Source of the DNA: Antedon mediterranea
Lineage: Eukaryota; Animalia; Echinodermata
Length of the DNA: 64,000 nucleotides
Reading direction: 5' to 3'
NCBI RefSeq assembly: GCF_964355755.1
Contig: NC_092674.1
Coordinates: 26,970,001 to 27,034,000 of the forward strand
Shown here: piece after piece, positions 13,601-26,356 of the stretch
Position numbering within the stretch: position 1 is the stretch's first letter
Layout: each line of letters starts with the position of its first letter
Notes under the pieces: model-generated
Told to the model about the DNA's origin: nothing
The model's database searches: none
Seen by the model: only the letters and a program-made list of their open reading frames with translations
Made by a program: the position numbers and the translations under genes

Positions 13601-16600
13601 ACCATTTCTTTGTTTTTCTTAATGAAATTATCATTAATGATATTTTTACAGTTGGTTTGCAGCAGCAACCTCTTCTTAAAAGTCCATCTTTTAATCTACT
13701 CCCAACGGATAATGTTGGGAATAAGTCTCCCAGCAGGAAAAGAGCAGCAAGCTGGGTTCAAGATAAACAGGTAATACTGTAATATTATTTTAGGCCAAAA
13801 AAAAATTATAATTGTTAGTGTCACATTCCTCATATTTTTTTAAAGCGTAGTTCCCACTAGAACACAATGCAACGTAACACAGCGCTGTATCGACTCAAAG
13901 TGCTGCATTGTGTAATTACAAATGGGAACTAACGATGTAACAATGCTGCAAACATTGCTATGAGAAATCAAATCAGTGTACCGTACTGACGCGGGTATAA
14001 GCCCATACTCGGGTATAAGCCCACCCCCGACTTCTGACTAATTTTCATGAAAAATGAGGCACTCGGGTATAAGCCACCCATTAATTCGAAGATCTACAGT
14101 GTGTGTCGTAATACATATTTTTGTATTTAGCGACGTCCATACACCGAATACACCTACCTTTGATCATAACCAAGCTAGGCTAATATACGCTAGGCCATAT
14201 GAGGCCTAGCGGTCCTGTTTTGTTTACACTCCATCGCGGTCGAAGATCGCTTCACACACGACGCTACATACAAGTCGCCAAAACGGAAAACCACTATTTG
14301 GTATCGGCTGCCATAAACAAGCTTATTAAATTTCTTTGGTACATTTCTATTTAACAAACATTGTACACTTGCTTTTCTGCTTGATAAAATCTTGTTCAAT
14401 TGATGTTTAAAATAAGATATTCTACGATAAATTACACGAACTAGGCTATAAGCTTAATTTTCCGACACTCTACACCTCGTGTATTTAGAGGCAACGTCGT
14501 ACACGTGAGGGCGCTCGCTCGCATGGTGGAAATACACAGTGTACATGTGCTGTTTTTGATGATCTGCATTTTTGGATCCTCGGGTATAAGCCCACCTCCC
14601 AAACTTGACGTGATTTCATGTTCGAGGGGGGTGGGCTTCAGTACGGTAATTTCACGGCAACAATGCAAAAGAAAACCGGAAAACATAGTAACAGCACATA
14701 CTCAAAATTACGGCATGTTAGCGTTGAAAAATGAAATAATTGCTCAATATTCTATCAAAATTGTATGATCATGTAAGTAACAATATATTTATTTTACCTT
14801 GGATTTCTTTTATTTTTGTATTACTCCTCATTATGTTTTGTATTATTTTCTATATTTCATCTGATTGTATAAATTTATTCATTCGGTTATCTAAAACAAA
14901 TTGATTTGTACTCAATGATTTATAAAAAAAAAAAACTTTTATTATTTTTTAAAGGTTTTTCAAATGTATGAAGGCGTAAATATTAGTGAGTTATTGGACA
15001 ACTTAAAGGAATCTACTTCTCTATATGAGCAAGCCGATATTGTGCACTTTCTATACGTTTCAAAGTAAGTTAAATTCTAACTTACGTTGCATTTTAATTC
15101 GTCCTTCTTTTCATTGTCATCTCTTATAAAATGTTTAATTTGTTTGGGTCATGTGTCATCCAGCTGTAATGGTACAGTACTATTTTTACACAGCTGTGCC
15201 AAAAATGGACAAAATAATAAAATATATAGCAGAAAAACATTTTTTTAAATATTTTTCTTGATTGTATTTAATTCATTTATTTATATGTATCCTTTTTAAA
15301 AAGCAAGCAGTTGGTAGAAATGATTTTATTTGATTTTTTTAACAGCTGTTTATCGTTTTCCTTAATGTGTGGATTTGGTGATGTCACGCAATCCAATTAA
15401 ACCACATGTTAGCACCCCTATTTTGAAACAGGACAGAAGCGTTTTAATATTCCTTAGGGTTGCTAATTGCGTCAAATTAAATTGAAGCAGCCCCCCTTTT
15501 TTTTGTAATAGCACTTTGAGATTCCTGAATTCAATAAAATACTTGCCAAGTCATTCGTTGCATATTACAATAATGAACATTGGTTTTTTGTTTTTCTGCA
15601 TTATGAAGGTCACTGGGTTTTCCCACCTGCTTACTTCTTTAACACTGTCAAATGTTCGTTTTTAATTTCTAACACCCAGATTAATTTCCACCCTGCACCC
15701 AGACAACTGCCTTTTTAAAGGTCACTAAAGGCGACCCTTGGGAAATTTATTGAGAAAATGATAGTTTATTTGTAGTGATTATTGACTTGAATATTATTTA
15801 GGCTTGCCCAACAAGTTTTTTTATTAAATAATGTTTCCAGGCATTTGTCTTAATTCTCTTGATATTTTGTTCTTATTACGTATCTGCACCAGATTCTTGG
15901 TACTGACGTATCTAGATTTCCCCAGTATCATAGGAATATTTGGTAATACACATGTGTTTCACATGCATCTCCTAGTATCATATACCATAGCGTAACCCTT
16001 AACCTTTCATGATACAGGCACCACATGTGATACAAATGAGATACTGTATTACAAAATATTCCTATGAAAAAAAAATGTTGAGGTTTGATGTCGTAAGACT
16101 GTCTAAAGTTATTATTTTATTTGATGTTTTTATCCGTGTCTATTTTTATTGTTGTTATTTTATATATTTTTTCACTCATAAACCAGAATTGGCTGGTCTT
16201 GTATTTTAAACAAGAGTGTGACTAAATTAATAAATACAAAAAAGAAATGATACTGGGAAAATATTGTCGTAAGTGTAGAAATAGCACTGATCAGAATCTG
16301 TATAGCTTTAATAATTCTATAAAACATAGAAATACATTGAGTTATTCTATATGAATTATTCATTCCTACAGGGGTCCTAACTGGGACACACATCTCAACG
16401 GCCAAGCTGGTGCAACTGTAAAGCAATTATTAGAAGAGTTATATATTAAGGTAGCTACTTTGTTGACATTTTAGTAATGGTTCTGTAACCACCACCTTAT
16501 GATTGAAATGACACTTTACACAAATACACAGATCCTGTTGAGGAATGGTAATATAGCCTGTAAATATTTTTCCTTCAGTGTGGATACCACAAAGCATGGT

Positions 16601-19600
16601 CGTTGATACGACACACAGCGGGTATGCTAGGCAAGCAAGTGGAACAGTTAGCGCAGGCAGTTACTGATTTACTTGTCCGTCAGAAGCAGTTGTCTGTAGG
16701 CTTGCCTCCAGAGCCTAGAGAGGTCATCATCACAGCACCATTGTCACCAGAGGAACTTCAGAAGATCATATCAGAAGCATGTGGACAAGACAGTGGGTCT
16801 GCAGTTCTTACACAAGTAAGGAACAGATTTATTTTGACCCTGCTGAACTACTTGTACATTCAATAATATGATCTTTCCAAAATGGTCACGTCATGCAGTA
16901 CATAACCTGACTTTCTTTGCTTCGTCAGTAACACTAACAGGGCCTTTTTAAGGACTGAGTGACCTCTGACCCTTCTGAACTACTTGTTGCACATTCAATA
17001 ATATGATCTTTTCCAAAGGGTCACGTCATGCAGTACATAACCTGCCTTTCTTTGCTTCGTCAGTAACAGGGCCTTTATGGACTGAGTGACCTCTGACCCT
17101 GCTGGATTATTGCAAAGATGCAGTACATTACCTGGCTTTTTTTCATTTACCAATTTTCAAATTTCTTGACAAAATATACTTTTGTAAACTTTCAATAGGA
17201 ATTGTTGCAATATTTAGCAATGTTCATTAGGACCGAACCAAAACTCTTTCAAGAAATGCTTCGTCTTCGTATCGGTCTCATCATCCAGATCATGTGCTCT
17301 GAATTGGCTCGCGCCCTTAGCTGTTCAGGTAAATCCAGTTCGATCATTTGAGCGTTAAGATAAATAGGGAGGTGTAGGCTGAAAATGTCAGTTGTTTAAA
17401 ATATAATCATGTATATGGTGACTTATTTCTTACTGAATTTCAGCTGAAGATGCATATGAACAACTAATGGCGCTAAGTCCATTTGAAATGAAAGGACTAC
17501 TACATCACATCTTGAGTGGCAGAGAATTTGGTGTAACTACAGGTATGAAAAAAAAATTCTGATTTACACAGTAGTGATACGAAATTTGCTGTCTGGTGTA
17601 TGAGTTGCAGTAGTTAAGTGGTTAAGACATTTTCCATAAGAAAAACTACCAGTCCACTCTACTCTACTCGGCTGTATATGAGTATCTGGTTAAAAAATAC
17701 TAAGGAGGGTTAAGGCAGTGTGGAAAGGAACTGACCACCCTACCATATAATGCTGAGAGGCTTAGTACCATGAACTCCTAACAGCTTATACTCTCTGTTC
17801 AGAATGAACACGGAACTCAACTTTATACTGTAGTGTTTTTATGAGTTTTTAGCTCTTCCATAATTCAAAATTATTTGCTAGAATTTCTAAATTGAATGTA
17901 TCTATTTTACAGTAAGTAATGCATCTGCCTTAAAGGAGCGCCAGTTATCTATTGTGACATCAAGTAAAGAAGAAATTATTGGCATGTCACAACTTAAAAA
18001 GGAAATGACGGTAAGTATTTACCCAGCAGTTTCTGTTATTGTGACTATATTAAGTAAATGTGGTTTTAACCAGCAGTTTCTATTAGTGTGACCATAGTAT
18101 TATCTGTGGTTTTACCCAGCAGTTTCTATTATTGTGACTACATTAAGTAACTGGTTTTACCCAGCAGTTTCTATTACTGTGACTACATTAAGTAACTGTG
18201 GTTTTACCCAGCAGTTTCTATTATTGTGACTACATTAAGTAACTGGTTTTATCCAGCAGTTTCTATTATTGTGACTACATTAAGTAACTGTGGTTTTACC
18301 CAGCAGTTTCTATTACTGTGACTACATTAAGTAACTCTGGTTTTACCCAGCAGTTTCTATTACTGTGACTACATTAAGTAACTGTGGTTTTACCCAGCAG
18401 TTTCTATTACTGTGACTACATTAAGTAACTGGTTTTACCCAGCAGTTTCTATTACTGTGACTACATTAAGTAACTATGCTTTTACTCAGCAGTTTCTATT
18501 ACTGTGACTACATTAAGTAATTGTGGTTTTACATTACATTACTATGTGTAAAACATGTTAATCTTTACAAGTTCAAAGTTTTTTTAATGATTAAGTGTCA
18601 AATAACGCTCTCTGGAGGATTTAGTAATATTTTCACAAACAATTGTTCTATTGACCTTGATTGTTTAAAAAAAATTAAATTAAATGTTTCATATTATAGC
18701 TAATGCATATTATAACTACACAGGCAGCTGGCCAGATGATATGATTTTGCAAATATTTTGTATATCAATCATATATTTATGATGTGGAGTACTCTCTTTT
18801 AATGAAGTCCATGGCTGATTATGAGTTGTTGCAATAAGTTTTTCTGGCTATTAATACATTTGTTCAACTTATAATTATTACTGAATAATGAAAACATTTC
18901 TTCTGGTTTCGATTCGTATAATAATATAAGTAGTTCTTTGATAGTAAACCAATAAAACTTACGTTGGCAAGACAGTTTCGTCTAGCTGTCAGCTTGACTT
19001 CTTCAGTTGCTATGATGCGTTATGGCGCCGATTGGTCTCCTTTCCAGCCACTAGATGATTTTGTTGTGTAGCCTAGGGGACCAGTCGTCGTCAGAAGCTG
19101 ATCGTAAATGTGAGATAGTTGGTGCGCGCCTTCGTCTCTATTCATCTTTGTATTTTTATTTTGATGCTTTCTTTAATTTTACGTTTAAGCCAAACTTGTT
19201 CTTTGTGTAGTACCTCTATCTTATCCCAGTTAGGTATGTGGTTGTGTGTGGTCATATGGTCCGTGATTGCTGATTTATGTAAAATGGAGGACGAAACTTT
19301 CCGTGATGCACGCGTCTGCATGTTCTGTGTGTTTTCCTCAACATCTTTCTTGTGCTCTTTAATTCTGGTTTTGAGTGCCATAACGCATCATAGCAACTGA
19401 AGAAGTCAAGCTGACAGCTAGACGAAACTGTCTTGCCAACGTAAGTTTTATTGGTTTACTATCAAAGAACTACTTATATTATTACTGAATAATTTATTTT
19501 TCATAGATTTTATTATTTGTTAAATTAGTATGTTCATAGTTATTCTGTTGGTTACTGGGTTAGTGATAGTTACTAGGTTAGTTAGTCATAGATACTGGGT

Positions 19601-22600
19601 TAGTTAGTTTTGGATCAGTGGATCATTCCTTGATCTTAATGTTAACATTTCTTGCTTGTTTCCGTTCACCGGTATCATATTATTATTATTTGGAATTAAC
19701 AATATTTTTGTGTGTGTTTGGACTTTTATTAAGGTGAAGATTAATTAGTTGTAATATGAAGGGTTTCCTAATTAAATTAAAAGTACTAACCAACTATAAT
19801 TACCCTTGTACATAAAACAGAAGGAAACATTTAATTGGAAGGGGCTAAAAATATACTCAAAATCGTCGCTTTGTGAGCCTTGAAAAGCAACCTTCTGGAA
19901 GTTGTTCGGGAAACAATTTTTCTGGGAAATCAGAGCCAAGAGATTGGATGTCATTAAAAAGTTAACTTAATCATAGAATCATAGATGAAGATATCCAGGG
20001 TAACATTGCTCTCTAAAATGCAATTTCATCGGGTGTCTGCCAGGTATAGAGGCTTTATGAAAAAAGAAAATATGCAAAAACATGTTGACTACAGTGCCAC
20101 TATCCAAACAACTTTACAAAAAAATGGTATCCGACGAGTCTCCCAATGTATTTTGTCATCTCCTGCTCTCTAAAATGCAATTTCTTCCGATTGTTGATAA
20201 ACAAAAACAAATATCCCAATAATGTTTACGAAATTATAGTTTTTGCTACTACTATTGTAGGTTCTTAATCAGTAAAATGTTGTTCTCATGCGTTGTATAA
20301 TATGTGAAATAATGAGTTGGCACCACATTTTCGGCCTTTAGCACAGAAATGTTAAAGACCCCTTCCCTACAATTTGTGACGTTTTGTAAAAATAATACAT
20401 ATACATTACTTTAAAAACATTAAACCATGTCATTCCTTGTCTTAAATGTACGTTTTATGGTAAATTATGATAAAAAGTAAGAAACAATGCACTACCTAAG
20501 TAGCTCACGGCGAATGACCTCTCGTGGACGGTCTTTAGGCCTAGCCTAGCTAGTCTTAGTTTTGTAGGCCTAGCTGGTAAACATTGGTAACGTATGAACA
20601 TCGTACGCTAGCTATATACCTAGCCTGACATTGTATAGTTTCTGCATTAATTGTCTTTCTATTTTTGCCAGACTCCGTTTATACAAATTGGGTAAATCCT
20701 GGTATTTTCGCTGAAAAGTTAGGAGTCTTCCATTTGTTTTGGCCTTGCGATCGATCGAAAAGTGGGTTAATTACAGAAGAAAAGCAGAAATATCAATCCG
20801 CGCCCAATGCATTTTGGGATTTATAGCGGGCCGCTATAATTATTAGAATCGACTTATTTTTCACATTTTTTACCATTTAAAGATGAAAAAAGTTATTGCA
20901 ATAGGACCATATAATATTATTTTTACATTAAATATAGTTTGTGATCTTAAAATAGATCTAAAAAACGTAGGGACGGTTTCTTTAATAATAGATGCCATTA
21001 TTTTTATATTTTTAATAGCTCCCTCTATTGTTTGATATATTTTCAACATTTCATAGCACCTTCTATAGTTTGGACTGCTTTCATGTAGTATATCCTCTTT
21101 TTAAGAGCATGTCCGCAAGTGCGTCTATGGTTACTTTTAAAATAAGAGTTGTGAACAGTTAAAATGATCTTGTTAAGTGTACTACAAACTATCTGTTATG
21201 GTCTTCAAATCTCCTCACTAAAAGGGAGAAAATCCTATTTTAGTGGTTTTTTTTTTCGTTTTCTTTCAAGTATTGTTGTATATGAAATTGTTCCTATAAA
21301 ACCAGAAACTTTCACGAATTTCAATCACTCAAGTTTAATGCGCAGGAAAGTTTCTGTTTTTAAAGTGTTCTGAAATAAAGTTACCAATTAATATAACACC
21401 TTCCGATATTTCATTTATTCAAGCTCTGATTACCATTTCTGAGAAAGTGAAATAAGTCCTTATCCAAGCGTGTCTGCCCTCATACTAGCACTTTACAAAT
21501 ATCCTCACAAATATTTAAATTTTACTGAATTGTGACAACCTACTTTTTTTTATTAAAACCATACACTGTTGGTATGGAGTTCATTTAATTTTTTAGTTTT
21601 CTTTTTAATTTTATGGAAGATGAATATTTTGTGTATTATATGAAAAACAGAAAAAAACAATTCTTTCAATTTCAGATGATGTCAAAGAGTGGAGACGCTA
21701 GCAAACTTGACCTTTCCAAAGAGTCTATAGAAGACGAAGTATTTTCTGAAAAATCAGGACAATGGCTTCGAAGGAGACGTCTTGATGGCGCACTCAATCG
21801 AGCACCTAACGACTTTTATCCAAAAGTCTGGAGAGTTTTAGAGAAGGTATGTATCGTATAATCATAATTGTTCTTCAGATTTTCTTTTTCAAGTGGTTAC
21901 TGACACTCCTGTTTGCTCATTCCATACCGTAGTATCATCTCTCCACTTCCAAGTAAGATGTACATTACAATTAAGATATAAATTGATCTTTACTTACAAA
22001 ACATGTGTTTTTGGAAAGATTTTCTTACAGTTGCATATAAATATTCTACTAGAAAAATAGTTTGTCTTCAGTAATTGAATGATGACTGTGTAGTGACAAT
22101 TCTTGGCAACTGTTGACATCAGTCAGGCGCCAATGACATAGCCACAAGAATGTTTTACTTGCGATGATTGATTGATATGTTTAGAATTTTTTATATTCTC
22201 CTAGGGTGTTTTTTAAGTTGTACATCTCTTTTTTTAAAGTACTACTTACCTCGCCAAGAGAGAGGAAAAGTAAATGTTAGGTCTTATTAAATTGGATCAT
22301 AGCATTCGCAATTTAGATAGTCTTTGCTGTTCATATATCTTCCAAACTCACTTACGATTTAGGCTCTTGTCTAGTATCTTTCTAGGGGTAGGGATGGGGA
22401 AAAAAAAAATTAAATATATGTGGAAAAAAGTAAAACAGTACTTTCAGAGTTGATATTAGGCTGGTCGCTGGGTAAAAAACCTTAAAATAAACTTTCGGCT
22501 GTGTGACACACATGTATTTTCTCACCCACCTCATATATTTTTCTTATTAAAATTTGTATTAGTAATGTTATTTTATACACATTTCCATATACACACGTCC

Positions 22601-25600
22601 CTCATTATTACATAGGAAATCATTTTTGTTTCATGAGCTTGATTATACATTTGATAATCCGATAATTAAAAGTGGAAATCAACTCATAACTCCAATTGTG
22701 TCAGGGTTGATACTTATAAACTTAACTTGTTTTAAAGGTCAACTCATTCGCAGATAAATTAAACAAGGCAGCCAATCATCTTCTATATGCTAAAGCATGT
22801 TTTGATGTTTAACACATGTCTTGACGCATCATGACGTGATTGATGGGCCAAAACTTGTCATACTGTATAATATTATAAGCATACATAAACGAACTGGGAA
22901 AGACTGTTTCCCTTGTCGACCTTGTGTGATCGTAGCTGCTTGCAAAATCCGATGTTATAATCAGTTCATCAAAACACATAACACATAATCAATATTCAAC
23001 ACAAATGGCAGCACCATTACAGTAAAAACAAAGAGTTTAATGTATAGGTTTATTAATATTAGGAAGGCGGTATCCTATAGCACTCTATTCAGAATGCTAT
23101 CTATGTCTTCCACTTGTATATCAAAAACCATGCCACACAAAGCACATACGGTTTATATAAAGTCAAGTCATGGTCAGAAAGATGTGTGGAAGTAGGAAGA
23201 GGCGCTTGAAATAGACCGTACCATATTTGAGAATATCACTACCATATTTGTACACATACACCTTTTTTCCTTGTTTAATAATAGTGTAGACAGAGCTTTA
23301 GAGAGTGGGTATAGCAGCTAAAACTATTGATGTAAAAGGGGAAAAAGTCATGTTTTGCTGTGGTTAGTCTCTGTAGAACATGCTTACTTCCTGAATAGAA
23401 GGACGTAATGTATGTAGTGATATGCTTTGGGAGATAACATAAAATTAAGTGTTTAACCTTTAACCTTACGATTGATAAGTCAATCAACACTCGATTCACC
23501 AACTGGGACGATTGGATAATTCCACTGTATTTGGCACCGATGGTTCTGTTCTACCATATATATACATCCAAACTGAACACGATATTGTGGGATACTCCTA
23601 TGAATAATAACGGAATTTAATTTAACCGCAAGTCTGCTGAAATTGCGTGAGTAACCAATAGACGACAGGATGGAAAGATTTAAAAATGGTAGTAAAGCGA
23701 CTAAACCGGTATAGGTTCTTTATTTATCTGGCAGTAATTTTCGTGGAACTAATGTTCAATTAAATTTTTCTTTGGGACGTGACATTTTGCTTTTATAACT
23801 ATCTCTCAAATCTTTGATACGTCTTGGGAGGAAGTGATTTATTCTGAGGAATTAAAAAGGTTACATCAACATTTTTCAAAATTTTTGATTGAATAATGTC
23901 TTTTAAAAACTAATAGATGCACTGATTATGTTTAAATAAATTTGTTAGTGTTACACTATCAAACTAGTTTGACAAAAAATATGTGCTCAAATATGGTATT
24001 GATATGCCCTAGTATGGTAGTGGTATGACATCATCCTGTCCATATATGGGTTAGTCGTTACTGTTAGTCTTGCTGTTAAATGTTTATTGTGTATTTGTGT
24101 TACAGTTTTTGATTAAAAATAAAATTTAAATACAGTACAAATAATCTAAAACTATTAGGTCTTAGGACTGCTCTTCTCTATCATCAAAATAATTCTTATA
24201 ATGCTTTGTCTCTTGCAGTGCCATGGTATCAGTATCAAGGGAAACTTCTTGCATCAAAGCTTGACAAGAGAGATGACCGCTGGTGAGCTGAAGTTTGCGT
24301 TGGCAGTTGAGACCGTTCTTAATCGTATACCACAACCTCAGTATAGGCAATTGATGGTTGAGGCTCTGATGGTGCTAACATTAGTAGTAGAGAATGGCTG
24401 GTTTCAAAGTCTGGGTGGCACTATCCAAGTTGATAAACTTGTAGCCGATGCAAACGATCTCTTCCTAGAAGATCAGGTAATATATCTTTGTTTATATAAC
24501 ATAACATTTAATTTTATAAAATACAATTTAAATTGTATACATATGAATTCTCATCCATCTTTTTGACTCAAGATCTCAAGCCACAGATATGTTATCTAGC
24601 GCATTTTCACCAATCTTTATTTTTTTTAAATAAAAAACTATTTTGTCAAAGTACTAGGCCACAACAAGCAAAGCAACGTAAAGTATGTTAATACGGCAAA
24701 ATTGAGAAGGAAGCTTAAATGTTGGCCAAAATTCCTGGTTTTTTAAGCGATTGTGGAGGCAACCAAATCATTCATGTGCAAAACTATATACCTCCATACA
24801 GTATACTGTATGATACTATATATTGATAATATAATACTGTATGATACCCTATACAGTATAAATACTGTATGCTACTACTACATACAGTATAATACTGCAT
24901 GATACTACAAACAGTATAATACCTTATAATACTATACTGTATATGTTAAAATACTATAATATGATTCTATAAGTATTAAAATCATTAATTAGTATCATAT
25001 CATTCCATACTGTATACAGTATAGTGAACTGTAATTTAAAAAAACGAATTTAATGCCTTTTTTGCTCTCAACGGTATAAATGATTAAATGACCATTGTAG
25101 TATGACAGTAGCGGTATATAATTATATATAATACATTTAAAATTCATTTGTAGTTTATTTTAACATGAAAAAGCAAAGGCAAAAAAGCAACATTTTCCAG
25201 TATACATTAAAACATTAACATTAAAACATTAAAACATTAACATTAAAACATTCATTAAAAGATTAAAACATTTACAACATAAAACGCTATTTAAAATATT
25301 GTGAACTCACTCATCCAGCCACTTTGTGGTTTATTTAAAGTATGTTAACAGTAATTTGTGTGGCATTTGACGCAACACTGCAGTTGACCGCTAAATTTTG
25401 CGTAATGGATAATATCCTGTGGTACCGTCGGCCGAAATTTAATGTCGGAGCTTAAACCTTGCATTGTCATGCAATTCACATACACGAATATGACTTGCGT
25501 TTTTTGCTGACTTTGCGTAACAAAAAGTGTATTATCAAATCAAAAATAATATTATTAGGAAATGTCTAATTGGTTAAAATGATTAGTTATTGAATTTTTA

Positions 25601-26356
25601 TAAAATTCGTGTAGAATATACCACTGAATTTCCGTACAGATTGTGTATAGGAAATTTATTCTCTTACATATGTATATGTGTTAACGTGTACATGACGTAA
25701 TCGCTAATCTGGTGACTAACGTACGATGTCTGTGCGTTTACTGAATGGCGTGACTCATTTGGGGCTTTTAGGGTTGCAGCCTGGATTTCAAACGACAGAC
25801 AAACAGCCCTGTGTTTTTAAGCTATTGGGAATTTGCCTGTTATGTAAAGTTGACCGTTAACAGTTTTAAACTGCCAATTAATTTTTTCAAAATGATATGA
25901 TAAAGATGATATGAAAAAAATAATAATTTCTATTGATACATATTAAAAATATATCTGACAAATATGATAATGTTAAATTTAGAAGGTTTCCCTTTAAGTT
26001 AAATTAGGTATTAATATATATAAAAAAAAACAAATTTAGTAAAAACTAAAATTTAAACAATATGTTTATGATTGTGAGCATCACATTTTTATATTTTGTG
26101 AGAGAAAGACAAAACTATTTTTTTCCAGAGAATTCACAATGGAGATTCAATGTTATGTTGTGCAGGACGCACAGAGGCGCAACGATACGATCCATTAAGG
26201 TGCAGCGGAGTTGCCGGCATTTGTAGCCACTTCTATGACAGCGCCCCCAGCGGCCAATATGGAACAATGACTTATCTAGCTAAAGCGGTAGCTAATACTT
26301 TGAATTTCCGACAGGAGTTTGGTATGAATGATACCGCTGAATGTAAACTAAGTTAG
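4667..26356 (+). CDS. PHKA2: Phosphorylase b kinase regulatory subunit alpha (PHKA1/PHKA2 co-ortholog), 24 coding exons, ~1267 aa
   Basis: Exons: 4667-4744, 4979-5137, 5865-6081, 6572-6735, 7400-7540, 8017-8175, 8586-8804, 8959-9145, 9459-9593, 9803-9912, 10076-10220, 10500-10646, 11238-11426, 12674-12898 (less certain), 13652-13770, 14955-15064, 16372-16450, 16579-16815, 17199-17328, 17444-17542, 17913-18010, 21676-21846, 24219-24476, 26129-26356. All introns GT-AG and phase-compatible (3804 nt). Hallmarks: [12 protein letters not shown] start, [67 protein letters not shown]-terminal CaaX CKLS. Confidence 0.96.
5371..5813. mobile_element. Three tandem partial/complete copies of MITE family A (TIR AGCTCTGTCTACACTATCAAAC)
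   Basis: Repeated GTGATGTGCCCAAATATGGTAGTGATATG...GTTTGATAGTGTAGACAGAGCTT, each followed by the same flank TACAAATATTTAATTTG..., a unit of about 140 bp. Confidence 0.8.
6125..6522. mobile_element. Degenerate TTAA-flanked (Kolobok-like) non-autonomous element
   Basis: TTAA AGATGTATTTTTCC at the left and GGACAATATATCT GTAA at the right resemble the TIR of the element at 11878-12206. Internal duplication of about 95 bp (6145-6335). Confidence 0.45.
6755..7103. repeat. 32-bp minisatellite, ~11 near-identical copies
   Basis: Unit GTATAAATGTGTACCATGGTGAATTATGTGTG repeated head-to-tail with no spacers, in PHKA intron 4. Confidence 0.97.
7746..7924. mobile_element. MITE family A copy
   Basis: TIRs AGCTCGGTCTACACTATCAAAC ... 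GTTTGATAGTGTAGACAGAGTT, TAA/TTA-like flanks, internal 21-bp CATATCACTACCATATTTGAG repeats. Confidence 0.85.
11031..11152. mobile_element. MITE family A copy
   Basis: AAGCTCTGTCTACATTATCAAAC ... GTTTGATAGTGTGGACAGAGCTT inverted termini. Confidence 0.85.
11878..12206. mobile_element. Non-autonomous DNA transposon (Kolobok-like MITE)
   Basis: Perfect 15-bp TIR GATGTATTGTCCCTT / AAGGGACAATACATC. Related ends at about 6125, 6522, 27040 and 48060. Confidence 0.7.
13003..13128. mobile_element. MITE family A copy
   Basis: AAGTTTTGTCCACACTATC ... GTTTGATAGTGGAGACGGAGCTT with the family's internal motif. Confidence 0.75.
13981..14646. mobile_element. TA-flanked Tc1/mariner-superfamily (Tc2/pogo-like) non-autonomous element
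   Basis: TA|CCGTACTGA ... TCAGTACGG|TA termini. Subterminal repeated CGGGTATAAGCCC motifs at both ends. Lies next to or inside a family-B MITE remnant starting at about 13843. Confidence 0.8.
16830..17140. repeat. Local tandem duplication (~140 bp, a little over 2 copies)
   Basis: TGACCC..CTGAACTACTTG..CACATTCAATAATATGATCTTTCCAAA..GGTCACGTCATGCAGTACATAACCTG..CTTTCTTTGCTTCGTCAGTAAC..GGACTGAGTGACCTCTGACCC is repeated. Confidence 0.85.
17608..17826 (+). mobile_element. Degenerate tRNA-derived SINE (Nin/Deu-domain-like)
   Basis: A-box-like TAGTTAAGTGG, then GTCCACTC..CTCGGCTGTATATGAGTATCTGG and GGAGGGTTAAGGC..GGAAAGGAA..CCACCC, resembling conserved SINE central domains. Recognised from memory, not searched. 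Confidence 0.4.
18018..18532. repeat. 45-47-bp minisatellite, ~11 copies
   Basis: Unit TTTTACCCAGCAGTTTCTATTACTGTGACTACATTAAGTAACT(GT)GG starting right after the exon 21 donor. Confidence 0.95.
18967..19010 (-). ncRNA. Minimal type I hammerhead ribozyme motif (PLE-associated), minus-strand copy
   Basis: Exact reverse complement of 19393-19436. Confidence 0.75.
19393..19436 (+). ncRNA. Minimal type I hammerhead ribozyme motif (PLE-associated)
   Basis: GCAA-CTGAAGA-A-GTC-A-AGCT-GAC-AGCT-A-GAC-GAAAC-T-GTC-TTGC: stem I GCAA/TTGC, core CUGAAGA, stem II, GAAAC, minimal stem III, GUC cleavage triplet. Confidence 0.78.
20356..20981. mobile_element. Kolobok-like non-autonomous DNA transposon with TTAA target duplication
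   Basis: TTAA|AGACCCCTTCCCTAC ... GTAGGGACGGTTTCT|TTAA imperfect TIRs. Internal palindrome TTATAGCGGGCCGCTATAA at about 20821. Confidence 0.7.
24785..25030. repeat. Low-complexity degenerate TATACTGTATGATAC repeats
   Basis: Multiple ATACTGTATGATACTATA / ACAGTATA variants, followed by AAAACATT repeats at 25205-25280. Confidence 0.7.

Larger units (their letters stand above)
18890..19477 (-). mobile_element. 5'-truncated Penelope-like retroelement (GIY-YIG C-terminus) with inverted terminal repeat and 16-bp direct flanks
   Basis: Minus strand encodes [37 protein letters not shown], then after a frameshift [18 protein letters not shown], typical of PLE endonuclease ends. 108-bp inverted arms 18919-19026 / 19377-19484. 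ATTATTACTGAATAAT repeated at 18874-18889 and 19478-19493. Confidence 0.88.

Noticed and set aside
18018-18532. Second CRISPR-like array
   Set aside because: Head-to-tail 45-47 bp units without spacers.
19985-20173. 62-aa ORF with an RRVS motif in the intron where multiphosphorylation-domain exons might lie
   Set aside because: Weak acceptor, no convincing donor, no similarity to PHKA, and bounded by a short direct repeat; exons 21 and 22 already join in frame.
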